The notes beneath the pieces were generated by a model that was given only the letters and a program-made list of their open reading frames with translations, was not told the origin of the DNA and did not search any database. Of a DNA stretch of 64,000 nucleotides, positions 43,118 through 55,336 are shown one piece after another; the stretch's first letter is position 1; the number at the start of each line of letters is the position of its first letter. The DNA comes from Eledone cirrhosa (Eukaryota): contig OZ024750.1 in the NCBI GenBank assembly GCA_964016885.1, positions 8,060,001 through 8,124,000 of the forward strand. Reading direction: 5' to 3'. A program made the translations under genes and the position numbers.

Positions 43118-43142
43118 ACTGTATCAATTTTAAGTAAATATA

Positions 43143-44900
43143 ATGACATTAAACTATTACATAAAAACATCGTTTATGCTTCTCAATTCTTCTTTCTCTA
43201 ATATTCGAGGTATTCGCATCAATTTCTTTAGTGTTGAAGTTTTCCTCCTGGAACATTCTCCTGATATTTTGGATCTTTATGAAACAGGCATTAAATCTTC
43301 AATTTCTTGTAATGAATTATTTGTACCAGGCAATCTCCTCTCTTTGTCTAAAAGTTTCTGTGATTTATATAAATGGTTTTGGTGTTGTCATTCGGTAAAG
43401 TCTTCCATTAGGTAAGGCACCGTCTCTTGTGTATACTGATGATTCATTCATGTTTTCAAATTTCTTTGCTACACTTTATTAGCTACCTTCCTTTTTTCTT
43501 TATCGCTTCCAATCATCTCAGGGCTGTAGAATGTTTGAAGAAAAACATCTCTTTCACTATATCCATCTGTAAATATCTCTGTGTGTGATTATTGCCTGTT
43601 CCTGACTAGCTTGCTCATTCTAACACTACTGATGTTGCAGGTATACACACTTTCAGTATTTCAGTCACTCAATTTCTCAAGAAAAATTGTCGATTTTCCT
43701 AATCGTTTTCCTAATAATTCCAATGGAAATGCTTCACTTCTTGATTTCTTTCTTACCTCTCCATTTGATTCTTTTTAAGCATCAAAACTCAATCTTCCTA
43801 GCAATTCTAATCATGTGGTGTTTGTCGATATTTCATTTGACATTCTTCTATTAGTCAGGAGTCTGCAACTCTTGTGACTTCTTTCTGGACCTGATTATGA
43901 TTTATTCCATGATTTACTTTGGGATGATTCTTGACATGATATATTTAATCTTCCCACTGAAAACTGTGCAACTGAGGTCTCGTTTTGGCTGAAAGCTGAC
44001 ATTGATTCTTTTTTACTATCTCGGAAATACCAAGTGTATCCCCAATTATTTCCTTTGTTTACATCTCCCAACTCAGCTGTTATTGCCCTCAAAAATCATC
44101 TTTACTGGTATTATCAATGTGATCGCTCTGATTATATCAGAAACCTATTTATGGTGACTCAAAACAACTGAACAAGGCTAGGCTTTAGTTCCTACTTCTC
44201 AACAGTTTTGATCTCATTTGAAACCTTCCACTGATTTGAGCTGCAATTAATATATCACGTTTATTGCAAATTCTGCTTCCCGGAGGCTTGTCTGCCCTGT
44301 TGTGCCAGAAAATATTTTACGCCTGAATGTATCTTATATCGGTATAAATCCACCATAGGTTCTTGTATTGAGTAATTCTGCCACACCTGGTCTGGTGGTG
44401 CTTCTAATGTGTACTCCGAGATTCTGGATAATATTCAAAGAAGAATCGTCATCATCCGTCGAGGTTAACTTTGCCTTTCATCCTTAAGGAGTAGATAGAA
44501 TAAAGTACCAGTAATTGCTGGCTTATCATGTCGACTTAAATCATTATAACACTGTCGAAATGTTACACCTCTGTGCCTTTTCTATAAATATGTTCGTGGA
44601 AATTGTTCTGATGATCATTCCTCTCAGTCTCGACAATGTGTTAAAACGGAGTAATACATATTTACGGCTAGGTCTCATCCCTTCACAATTGAACTTCCAA
44701 ACGGTAATCGAAAATTCTATCCAAATAGTTTCTTGACTCGCACATCTTACCTATGCAATTCTCTTAAGGCCGTTTGCTTTCCTGACCACTAGAATTTGCA
44801 AAACGTTCAAAGGCAACATCAATCGTCTTCTTTTCTTTCCTAGAATTATGTTCTCTCTATTTTGCTCTTTCCTAGAATTATATTTCCCTTTCTCAGTACC
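43143..44900 (+). mobile_element. Decayed CR1-group LINE (AP endonuclease plus C-terminus), with a SINE fragment at ~44455-44523
   Basis: FSNIRGIR..VEVFLLEHSPDILDLYET; DFPNRFPNNSNGNASLLDFFLTS; downstream E*FCHTWSGG and LCLFYKYVRGNCS. Confidence 0.75.
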
Positions 44901-45070
44901 TGTTTGCATGTTAGTGGCGTTATTACCTTGCGTGGGGCGAGTAAATTAAAGATGAATATCGAACAATAAAATGTTAAAACGATAATTCCGTTTCATGGAC
45001 TTAAGCGACATGTGTCTACAAAGGACATCAACGCTTCTGATATTCGCTCTCCTCTAATTAAAAAATAATA

Positions 45071-45261
45071 ATTGTTTCTACTTTTTGGCACAAAGCCACC
45101 AATTATTCCAGTGTATTACTGGTACTTTATTTTATCGACCCCGTAAGGCTGAAAGGCAAAGTTAACCTCAGCAGGATTTGAATTCAGACCGTAAAGGGAC
45201 GCAACTCCATGCTGCAAAGCATGGTGTCCGACTCTCTACCGATACTGCTAATCCACCGGCC
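45071..45261 (-). mobile_element. SINE family A, full length
   Basis: Complete head, body and tail. Confidence 0.92.
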
Positions 45262-45324
45262 TTGATCTCTTAAATGGGTACATGAGTATGGCGTTTCGTT
45301 GCTGACATGTCTCCTTCTCCTCTA

Positions 45325-46065
45325 CTTCACTATACATATGCTATCTTCACTATACATATGCTATCTTCACTATACATATGCTATCTTCATTATACATATG
45401 CTATCTTCACTATACATATGCTATCTTCATTATACATATGCTATCTTCACTATACATATGCTATCTTCACTATACATATGCTATCTTCACTATACATATG
45501 CTATCTTCACTATACACATGCTATCTTCACTATACATATGCTATCTTCATTATACATATGCTATCTTCACTATACATATGCTATCTTCATTATACATATG
45601 CTATCTTCACTATACATATGCTATCTTCACTATACATATGCTATCTTCACTATACATATGCTATCTTCACTATACACATGCTATCTTCACTATACACATG
45701 CTATCTTCACTATACACATGCTATCTTCACTATACATATGCTATCTTCACTATACATATGCTATCTTCACTATACATATGCTATCTTCACTATACATATG
45801 CTATCTTCACTATACACATGCTATCTTCACTATACATATGCTATCTTCACTATACATATGCTATCTTCACTATACATATGCTATCTTCACTATACACATG
45901 CTATCTTCACTATACATATGCTATCTTCACTATATATATGCTATCTTCACTATACATATGCTATCTTCACTATACATATGCTATCTTCACTATACATATG
46001 CTATCTTCACTATACATATGCTATCTTCACTATACACATGCTATCTTCACTATACATATGCTATC
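45325..46065. repeat. 20-bp minisatellite ctatcttcactatacatatg, ~37 copies
   Basis: Exact 20-bp period; only C/T variants at a few positions. Confidence 0.98.
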
Positions 46066-46118
46066 GACCGAACAAATATGAAAGCTAAAGTGTATCTCCG
46101 CATTATTTAAGCTCAGAA

Positions 46119-46340
46119 GGGCAGCGGATTGGCAGCATCGGTAGAGTGTCGGACGACAACATGCTTTGCAGCATAGACTTATGGACCTTTATGATCTGAA
46201 TTCAAATCCCGCCTAGGTTAACTTTACCTTTCATCCTTACAGGGACGATAAAATAAAGTAGCAGTCACCACGCACTGGAGTCGATTTAATCGATTTTCCC
46301 CTCCCCCAGAATTGCTGACCTTTTATTTAAACTCAGAACA
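46119..46340 (+). mobile_element. SINE family A long variant, full length
   Basis: ggcagcggattggcagcatcgg head, ttcaaatcc B-box, body and extension. Confidence 0.9.
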
Positions 46341-46402
46341 TAGATTAATTTAACTCAATACTATAAAACAATGTGTGCGATTTTCTATAGATTCTGCCAC
46401 TC

Positions 46403-46795
46403 AACACACTCGTGTCTAACACATCGTCGTGTCTAACACATCGTCGTGTCTAACACAACGTCGTGTCTAACACATCGTCGTGTCTAACACATCGTCGTGT
46501 CTAACACATCGTCGTGTCTAACACATCGTCGTGTCTAACACATCGTCGTGTCTAACACATCGTCGTGTCTAACACATCGTCGTGTCTAACACACACTCGT
46601 GTCTAACACATCGTCGTGTCTAACACATCGTCGTGTCTAACACATCGTCGTGTCTAACACATCGTCGTGTCTAACACAACGTCGTGTCTAACACATCGTC
46701 GTGTCTAACACATCGTCGTGTCTAACACATCGTCGTGTCTAACACATCGTCGTGTCTAACACATCGTCGTGTCTAACACATCGTCGTGTCTAACA
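46403..46795. repeat. 17-bp minisatellite tcgtgtctaacacatcg, ~23 copies
   Basis: Exact 17-bp period with no spacers. Confidence 0.98.
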
Positions 46796-46994
46796 TAGAC
46801 AGTAGACCACAGCCTTTAGAGAAGACGTTCGTTAGTTAAAGCAGCACCTGTACTAGACTGACGTTAATGCTTTTGAAACAGAAAGGATGAAATAAGAATG
46901 AAATGCGGTGGGATTTGAAGGCAGTAAGTTAGATGTTGTAACTAAATAACACAAGGGTTCTGCTACTCCATCGTCCGCTAGACTACCAAAAATA

Positions 46995-47306
46995 ATTGTT
47001 TCTGCTTTTGACACAAGGTCATTAATTATACCAGTGTATTACTGGTACTTTATTTTATCGACCCCGTAAGGATGAAAGGCAAAGTTAACCTTGGCGGGAT
47101 TTGAACTCAGACCATAAAGGGTCGTAACTCTATGCTGCAAAGCATGGTTTCCGACCCTTTACCTATACTGCCAATCCACCGCCCTTCCAAAAAATAATGA
47201 AAGGCAAAGCTAACCTGAGCGGGGTATGAACTTGATACGTAAAAGGCCGTAATAATATGCTGCAAAGCTTTTCCGATGCTCGACCGTTACTGTTAATCTA
47301 CCACCC
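46995..47306 (-). mobile_element. SINE family A full copy (46995-47184) plus older partial copy (47197-47306)
   Basis: Conserved motifs; ccaaaaa(a)taat duplicated at the flanks of the full copy. Confidence 0.88.
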
Positions 47307-48374
47307 TACCTTTCTAATTTCAATCTACCCTTAACGAAAATGCTTAAATAAATAAATGAATTTAAGATCACTAAATTATATAAAATTTAATTTCAACAAT
47401 ATGACAGATATAATTTCGCAAGAAGCATCACGTTAAAATCCAATATATTTTGTTAAAATATTCTCAATTTATGTCACGGCATTTACATAAATTTCCAAAT
47501 ATTCAACGTATTGTGTCAGCTAAGATAAAATCCATGTTTAAAGAAGTTCCTGTCATGACCATCCCATCATACATTCATAGTGTATCAGAAACTACGTTGT
47601 ATATAGGTATTTGGCTTCTGTCTAGTAGGTTATGCAACCACGTTTATATCCTTACCCATATCACGTTGCTGAAGACTGCATTTTAGGATTCGTCTTTTAG
47701 GAGAGTTTGAGGGTTTCTAGTTTATATATTTTTCCTGCCAAACGTGTTAGCAAGTATACATTTCTACGTGATTTCATAAATTCCTTTTAAGATTAATTTT
47801 TTCTTTTTATAAAATTAACCAAAGGGAAATTAAAGGTCTCTATAAATTACATTTCATCACAGCACCATTAATTTACATTTCCAGATAATTAATTTTGTGA
47901 ACAACCTATAAATTTGCGATCCTAGTATTGATTTTTGAATAATTATTCAGTAATGGTGCTTATATCCTTTGAATTTTAAGTTATTTTTTTCAGTTTCCAG
48001 CTTATTTTCTGTAGTCTCTCAATTCTCACGTTTTCCCTGATCAAGCAAACATATGATCAAAGGCATAATGGCTGTGACTATTCTTTTTCTCCGGAATAAT
48101 TTCAGAATTAAATTATGCAATGTGTTTTAATTATCAGCATACCTAAGACTTTACCAAAGAAGGAATACTTTTTTATGAATTTAAGATACACTCTTTGAAA
48201 CATGCACTAGCCTACCACACTGCTTTGTCTTTGACTTTTATGGATTGTTGTTGTTTAGGTGTGGTCAGTCCTGCGATCAGATCTATGCTCACAGACATTT
48301 AAACCACAACCTTACAGAATTTCAGAATATTTTCAGTTACATCTAGAATTAGACATGTAAATATAGTAATAATA

Positions 48375-48564
48375 ATTGTTTCTACTTTTGGCACAAGGCC
48401 AGCAAATACCCAGTTTATTACTGGTACTTTATTTTATCGACCCCATAAGGATGAACAGCAAAGTTAACCTCAGCAAGGATTTGAACTCAGAATGGCAAGG
48501 GCCGTAACTCTATGCGTCAAAGCATGTCGTCCGACCCCCTACCGATACTGCCAATCCACCGCCC
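48375..48564 (-). mobile_element. SINE family A with 18-bp TSD, inserted at a Penelope-like tail
   Basis: aaatatagtaataataat at 48359-48376 and 48570-48587; 48575-48617 matches the 3' end of the 21030/52066 family. Confidence 0.9.
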
Positions 48565-48619
48565 TAAAAAAATATAGTAATAATAATAATAAATGTGAAG
48601 ACTAAAATCCGAAGAGGAT

Positions 48620-48971
48620 ATATATTATATCATATATATATAATATATATATATTATATATATATAATATATATATATCATATATATATATAATATATAT
48701 ATATCATATATATATCATATATATAATATATATATAACATATATAATATGTATATGATATATATAATACATATATATCATATATAATATATATATGATAT
48801 ATATATATATATATATATATATGATATATATATGATATATATATATATATGATATATATGATATATATATATATGATATATATATGATATATATATGATA
48901 TATATATATGATATATATATATGATATATATATGATATATATATATGATATATATGATATATATATATATA

Positions 48972-49012
<41 letters not shown>

Positions 49013-49025
49013 ATATATATATATA

Positions 49026-49076
<51 letters not shown>

Positions 49077-49285
49077 ATATATATATATATATATATGATA
49101 TATATATATATATATATATGATATATATATATATATATATATGATATATATATATATATATATATATGATATATATATATATATATGATATATATATATA
49201 TATATATATGATATATATATATATATATATATATGATATATATATATATGATATATATGATATATATATATATATGATATATATA

Positions 49286-49320
<35 letters not shown>

Positions 49321-49529
49321 ATATATATATATATATGATATATATATATATATATATATGATATATATATATATATATATATATGATATATATATATATG
49401 ATATATATGATATATATATATATATGATATATATATGATATATATATATATATGATATATATATATATGATATATATATATATATGATATATATATATAT
49501 GATATATATATATGATATATATATATATG

Positions 49530-49560
<31 letters not shown>

Positions 49561-49650
49561 ATATATATATGATATATATATATATATATATGATATATAT
49601 ATATATGATATATATAATATATATAATATATATGATATATATAATATATA
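48620..49650. repeat. ~1-kb interrupted (TA)n array with TCA then TGA interruptions
   Basis: Visible directly. Confidence 0.98.
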
Positions 49651-49654
49651 TTTA

Positions 49655-49828
49655 TGGTGGAGTGGCAGGGTCGGACGCCATGCTTTCCAGCATAGTTACG
49701 TCCCTTTACGATCTGAGTTCAAATCCTGCCGAGGTTGACTTTGCCTTTCATCCTTACGGGGTCGATAAAATAAAGTACCAGTAATGCACTGGGTAATTGC
49801 TGGCCTTGTGCCTAAAGTAGAAACAATT
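49655..49828 (+). mobile_element. SINE family A
   Basis: Head with small deletion, B-box, body and tail. Confidence 0.92.
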
Positions 49829-51423
49829 ATATATATATATATATAATATATATATTGAAATATGGAAGAATTCTTAAAGAAAATGCTGCCGATATATAGT
49901 ATACAGTGTTTGTCATTATCAATGTATAAAACCGATTCGACTGGTTGTTGAATCCTTTGTACAGACCTTCTTACTCCGTTCAATTTTCTGTGAAAGATTA
50001 AGATGATCTAAAAGCTATCTTGTAAGCTGTAATAATTATTATTATTATTTAAACAAACCAGATTGTATCCTAATCATAACAATTTAATTCTAAATAGCTC
50101 TTGACATCCCATACATCAGATAGTTACACTATATACTTTCAAATATGAGACAATTTGTCTATGTAGGAAACACTAAATACTATTATCTTTAGCATCGATT
50201 TTTAAACCGAAAATTGCCTGAATGAGATAAATCTTGTCTTGAGAAATGAAATATGGCGAATCAGTTCATTTGGTTAATGTAATCACTAATTAGAAATTGA
50301 TGGAACGGTACTATATTTTTAATATATTTATTAGTTTTTTTTATATCAAATATAATACAAGCATGACTACCGTTCAAAAGTTACGATTTTTATTAACAAA
50401 CGTTTTATCATTTAATCATGTCAAAACCAGCTCCTCTTTTGTATGGAATAATATATTCAGGTTTAAATTATACATAATATTCTTACTTTTAGCAGATTGA
50501 GAGACCGCCTTGAGACTTTTCCGTCATTGGCTCCAATATTCTGAAGTTTGTCTTCATACTTTAACAATTACTTTATGTATGTCAACGGGCTAGAGTATGC
50601 ATTGTGAGTAGGTAGAGCTCATAATTTCAGCAATCAGTAGTACTGTATGCCTTAGGATATTTTGTTTACATTTCTATTATTGTGTCCAACTCATGCAATA
50701 GATTTGAGCTCTGATTGAAGGCATCACAACACAGCTATATTCCATGTGGAATGATGTTTATGTGAAATCTAATAAATTTCAAAATACCCAGTTTAGGGGC
50801 CGTCATTTATAGTTCAAACCCATCGAGTGAAGTGTAGTTTTATTCAAATTATTTCAACATAAAAATTGTTCAGCAGTGTTTCTCTTGTTTGTTTATGGAT
50901 TTAATACATAATGACGTAAAAATACATACAGAAATAACTGAATCAACTTGAGTGGTAAGGTTAATTAGTTGCCTGATTAAACATTATTACCAAGTCCTTG
51001 GTTGATTTAGAGATGTCTACTTTGGAGCAAGTTAGGGATTGATATCTTCCTCACTCAGACCAGACCTAGATACGACTGTAAACGGTGATTGCTCAACTCT
51101 TTCTCTTGGCTAATCTACAAAATTGTGTTACCGCTTTGATATACAGCTGATTCCACTAGTTTGAGGAGGATTGTTTACCCCCTCAGTGTTGTACCCCTCC
51201 CCTCTTACATAAGAGCTTTTGCGTATTGTAGATATAGATATTTCAAGAATGGAGGTATTCTGTATTTTACAAACATCTTGCTCACTGCCACAGCTATTGC
51301 TATATCGCATAAATAAAGCATCTAGGCTCTAGATGTAGAATAAAGTGTGAAGCTGAATTCTCTATTTAAATTACTATATATATATATATACATATACACA
51401 TATATATATACACATATACATAT

Positions 51424-51609
51424 ATTGTTTCTACTTTTGGCACAAGGCCAGCAGTTACCCTAGTACATTACTGGTACTTTATTTCATCGAACCCGTAAAG
51501 ATGAAAGGCAAAGTTAACCTCGACAGGATTTGAACTCAGAACGTAAATGGACGTAACTCTATGCTGGAAAGCATGGCGTCCGACCCTCTACTAATACTGC
51601 CAATCCACC
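51424..51609 (-). mobile_element. SINE family A, full length
   Basis: Complete head, body and tail. Confidence 0.92.
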
Positions 51610-51632
51610 TATATATATATATATATATATAT

Positions 51633-52035
51633 AGTGGTGGAACAGTGCCATACGCAAGGGGAAACCGACGTGTGGCTTATGTATTGACGAACGAATACCT
51701 ATTCTAAAGAGATTACGCAATAGTGATTGCCTAAACACGAGGAGTGAATTTTTCACACGTTGTCCACACGTCGCCAAACACCTATTGCATAACTACAAGG
51801 CTCCGGACTGATTCTTTGTAATTTTATTTTCAACCTAAAAACTTTTCGGACTTTCGCAGTTATCTCCCTAACACCGCTCGCACTCAGTCTAGTATTGCGT
51901 GTGTGAAGTGACCGGGTTTCTGCGCATGCGCGTTCGTACGGTTGTCCTTCCTGTTCCTCTAACCATGCCCATTCCGAGATCCGCTAAGGTGAAACAATTG
52001 TTCTCGGTATTGTTAACTAACTGTTGTGTAACCAC

Positions 52036-52039
<4 letters not shown>
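51633..52039 (+). mobile_element. 5'-truncated Penelope-like element: GIY-YIG endonuclease C-terminus, 3' UTR and hammerhead-like motif
   Basis: PY.RG(fs)KPTCGLCIDERIPILKRLRNSDCLNTRSEFFTRCPHVAKHLLHNYKAPD* (stop 51809-51811) fits the PLE CxLC..E..I..LNxRxE...CxH motif; (TA)n on both sides; last 35 bp resemble 12443-12478. Confidence 0.8.
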
Positions 52040-52065
<26 letters not shown>

Positions 52066-52069
<4 letters not shown>

Positions 52070-52296
52070 ATAATAATAAATTTGAAGACTAAAATCCAAA
52101 GAGGGCTCGATAAGGATAAATATATATCAGATATATAAGAACAGTAGAGCAAATATTTATTAAAATAACAGATTAAAGTTTAAGCAAAGAATCGCTGCTT
52201 TCACCCTTAACGGGATCTTCTGAAACTCAGAAGATCCCGTTAAGGGTGAAAGCAGCGATTCTTTGCTTAAACTTTAATCTGTTATTTTAATAAATA
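52066..52296 (-). mobile_element. Penelope-like terminal repeat with perfect 70-bp inverted arm
   Basis: Arms 52154-52223 / 52227-52296, 3-nt loop, no mismatch seen; 88-bp tail abuts (TA)n; same family as 21030-21186. Confidence 0.75.
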
Positions 52297-52301
52297 AATA
52301 A

Positions 52302-52340
<39 letters not shown>

Positions 52341-52602
52341 GTAATTATTGTCGATGTTTCCTTAAATAAATCTACATTTAGCTTCTGAGATAGGGGATCG
52401 ATGAACCACATGGCTGCTTGACAGGCGTAGAGACCTTTATAATTTCTAATATGCTGGATGATAATATGTCACTTAATGTGCATTGTAAACATTTCCCACT
52501 AACTCCGAAAATTGAGTTTTTTTTTTACTTGGTTGAGTTGTCAGAAAATTGTTGTTTGTCAGTTATTTAATAACGACATTTTTGTATGTTTGTTTTCTCT
52601 AG

Positions 52603-52632
52603 AGATCTGTGTTGTATTAGTCTGTTCTGCGG
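52603..52632 (+). CDS. Candidate 30-nt coding exon (signal-peptide-like ICVVLVCSA)
   Basis: Strong acceptor tttgttttctctag and donor G|gtaaat; phase-1 end joins the 57736 exon to give GAT (Asp). Confidence 0.35.
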
Positions 52633-52877
52633 GTAAATGTAACAACTTGTTTTGATTCTATTATTAAATAAATCATTATTATTGAATAAAGAAATCATTA
52701 TTATTAAATAAAGACCTAATTATGCATGATGTTGCTCGACTTTCCAAGGAATTTGATATCTCTTTTAGTAAGGCTGTTATAGTGTTCTAAGTTTATCATA
52801 TCCTGTACAATTGTCATAGCATATAGGATTCTCGTATCCTATAAGACTCTTATATGATAAAAGATTATCTTCGTTTA

Positions 52878-53079
52878 TATAGGACGCAGTTGAAAAGTTC
52901 ATAGGCTGACCAAGATACTCTCATGGAATGACGAAATGAGGTTTATTTTTCAACATAGTCACTGAAAGGAAACAATGCAATTGTTAATAAGAAGAATTGA
53001 AATTTATGTATGTAAAATTTCACAGCTCTGGCATCACCTTTTCATAGTCAGCTTATGAACATTTCAGCCGACCCTCGTA
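52878..53079. mobile_element. Mariner-type MITE, ~200 bp
   Basis: TIRs ..gttgaaaagttcataggctgac / gtcagcttatgaacatttcagccgaccctcgta; TA ends; TACGAGGG terminus typical of mariners. Confidence 0.75.
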
Positions 53080-55260
53080 AGTTTCTCATATTGATATTGC
53101 ATAGTCATTGTCATGTAGTATGAAATCTTTCCTTGATGTATTTTAACATTTTTTAATGTAGTACATATATCTGAATTTATGAGGACAATATTAATTCTAT
53201 GTATTATCACTATAGTCATGAACAATCGTAGATAATGAATGACTATTTAGAAATAGGTATTAATTATTTTATCAATGAGAAAAGGTACACATTTATTCAC
53301 TCTTCGTATCAATTCTAACAAGTCGTTTGGAAATTACTTCTTCCTGTCTACAGATATTTAAATTGATTTGATTAATTTAATTCAGAATGTGCAGCTAGAT
53401 ATAGTAATTGGCAATTGACTTACACATTCATCTTGGGACAGCCCGAAGACTAAATAGTATTTCGCCCTCAATTAACCTTACTCTTATCAAGTGAAACAGT
53501 TTGAACACATGTGTTGTATGAACGCGATGCTATCCTAGTTATCCTAACACACACTTCTATATAGAACACCAGATGTTGTGTATCTCCAGATAAAGTTTTA
53601 TTGTGTAGTTATGATAGTCGACCAAATCACTAAGCATTGTCCATATATTCACTTTTCTAAAATATCTCTGAAAATCCTGCCGTTACCAGCTTGCCTTCTT
53701 TTCAGAAATATTTTATCTTGCATTTTAATATATTAATCCATGTTTAAGCCGGGAAATCGTGTTGAGAATGCATCATTAACTCAATAAAACTCAAGTTTAA
53801 TGTTAAGGTAGTAATAGCTTATCCATTTATTAATTTCGATATATATATATATGTATGTATATATATATATCAAGGACATATATCTGCACGTGTACATATT
53901 TCCTGAATCAGTCAGCGTATTAAAGAAAGAATGCTAATATGTCAATAGATCCTGATGGTATTTAAGTATAAAATAAGTGTTTTGAATGAAACTTTTATTG
54001 TACATATTGTAAAAAATCAATATGTAGTAAGAGCAAATTATATTGTATATGAAATATCAGAGTTGAGAAAGGAAACTTTATTTAAGGTAAAGTTCATATT
54101 ATAGAATTTCCTTAAGTAAATTGGATTACAGCGGGAACCATCTGTCAAAAATACTTCTATTTATTGACATACACGCATAATGGTTGATATATATTCTTTG
54201 TGTCCATTTGCAAAGCCTGGAAGTTTAGATGAAGCGTATAGCTTTAATCAGAATACTTTCAAACGTCTCTAGTGAAGAATAAAGAAACGAATCTGAAAGC
54301 ACACTGTAATTGTTTTAATGTAAGAAATATAGATTTGAAGAGCATCCGGAGGTGGAACAATATACAAGTCTGGATAGGAAACCTAATCGCTTATATTATT
54401 AACTCATATATGATATCGATAGTATTTATAAATTTAAATATGATGAAGTCGGCAATCAATTCTAAGAATACGAATCACTGATATGTATAGACGTACTAGT
54501 GTAGACATGAGAAATATGAATAATATTAAAAGTGTTTTAGTACACAGCAACAATTTTGTCATAATATAGTCAATTCCAGAACAGTAATTAGCTCGGGGTT
54601 TTGGAGAGCACCAGATTAAAACCACCAAAACTGAAATATGGAAAGAGGTACCACATCGTCCTTCACAGAGGTTAACAAGGGACGCGTTCAGGCCTTAAGT
54701 AGAGGGGCTGTTCTAAAAATATTAATATATTGCATTTTACATTTCATCTCACAATAACTGGTGACGGGCCTGTGACCTGACGTGGGAGACGTGGCACGGA
54801 CGCACCAAGAGGTGTATGACAGAATTATGTATAGGAAGAATATGTTGCCAGTATATGCATGTACAAAAACATTGTTTTCTTCTGCGGTAGTTATCAAATC
54901 ATTTCCTCTATGTTAGATTGCTTGTATACAATAGTATACAGTTATAACGTGTTAATGTTGCATATTTATTGTTAAACATCCTTCAACGAAATGAAAAGTC
55001 CCAGATTTCTATAGATAGAACATATCGTCAGTACAGAACGTGTAACCAGGAGAATAATGATATTAATTAGTTAGATTGAGATCGCAACACGTAACTTGTC
55101 TAAATTTTTCTCTCTTTCCTTCTCTGTCTGCTCTCGTTCTCCGCTCGTTTCCTGTTCACTCTTGCTCTCTGATATTTCCTCCTCACACGAGATTTCATCC
55201 CTAAATTATCCCGTATTAATGATATACGTATTTGCTTACAGATAATTAATTTCTTAGTTA

Positions 55261-55336
<76 letters not shown>

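Noticed and set aside
45299-46110. Three overlapping ORFs of 236-267 aa
   Set aside because: Produced by a stop-free 20-bp tandem repeat; all frames give the same 20-aa cycle
46403-46795. CRISPR-like regular repeats (also 45325-46065 and 63074-63358)
   Set aside because: Head-to-tail units with no unique spacers, no cas genes, eukaryotic context
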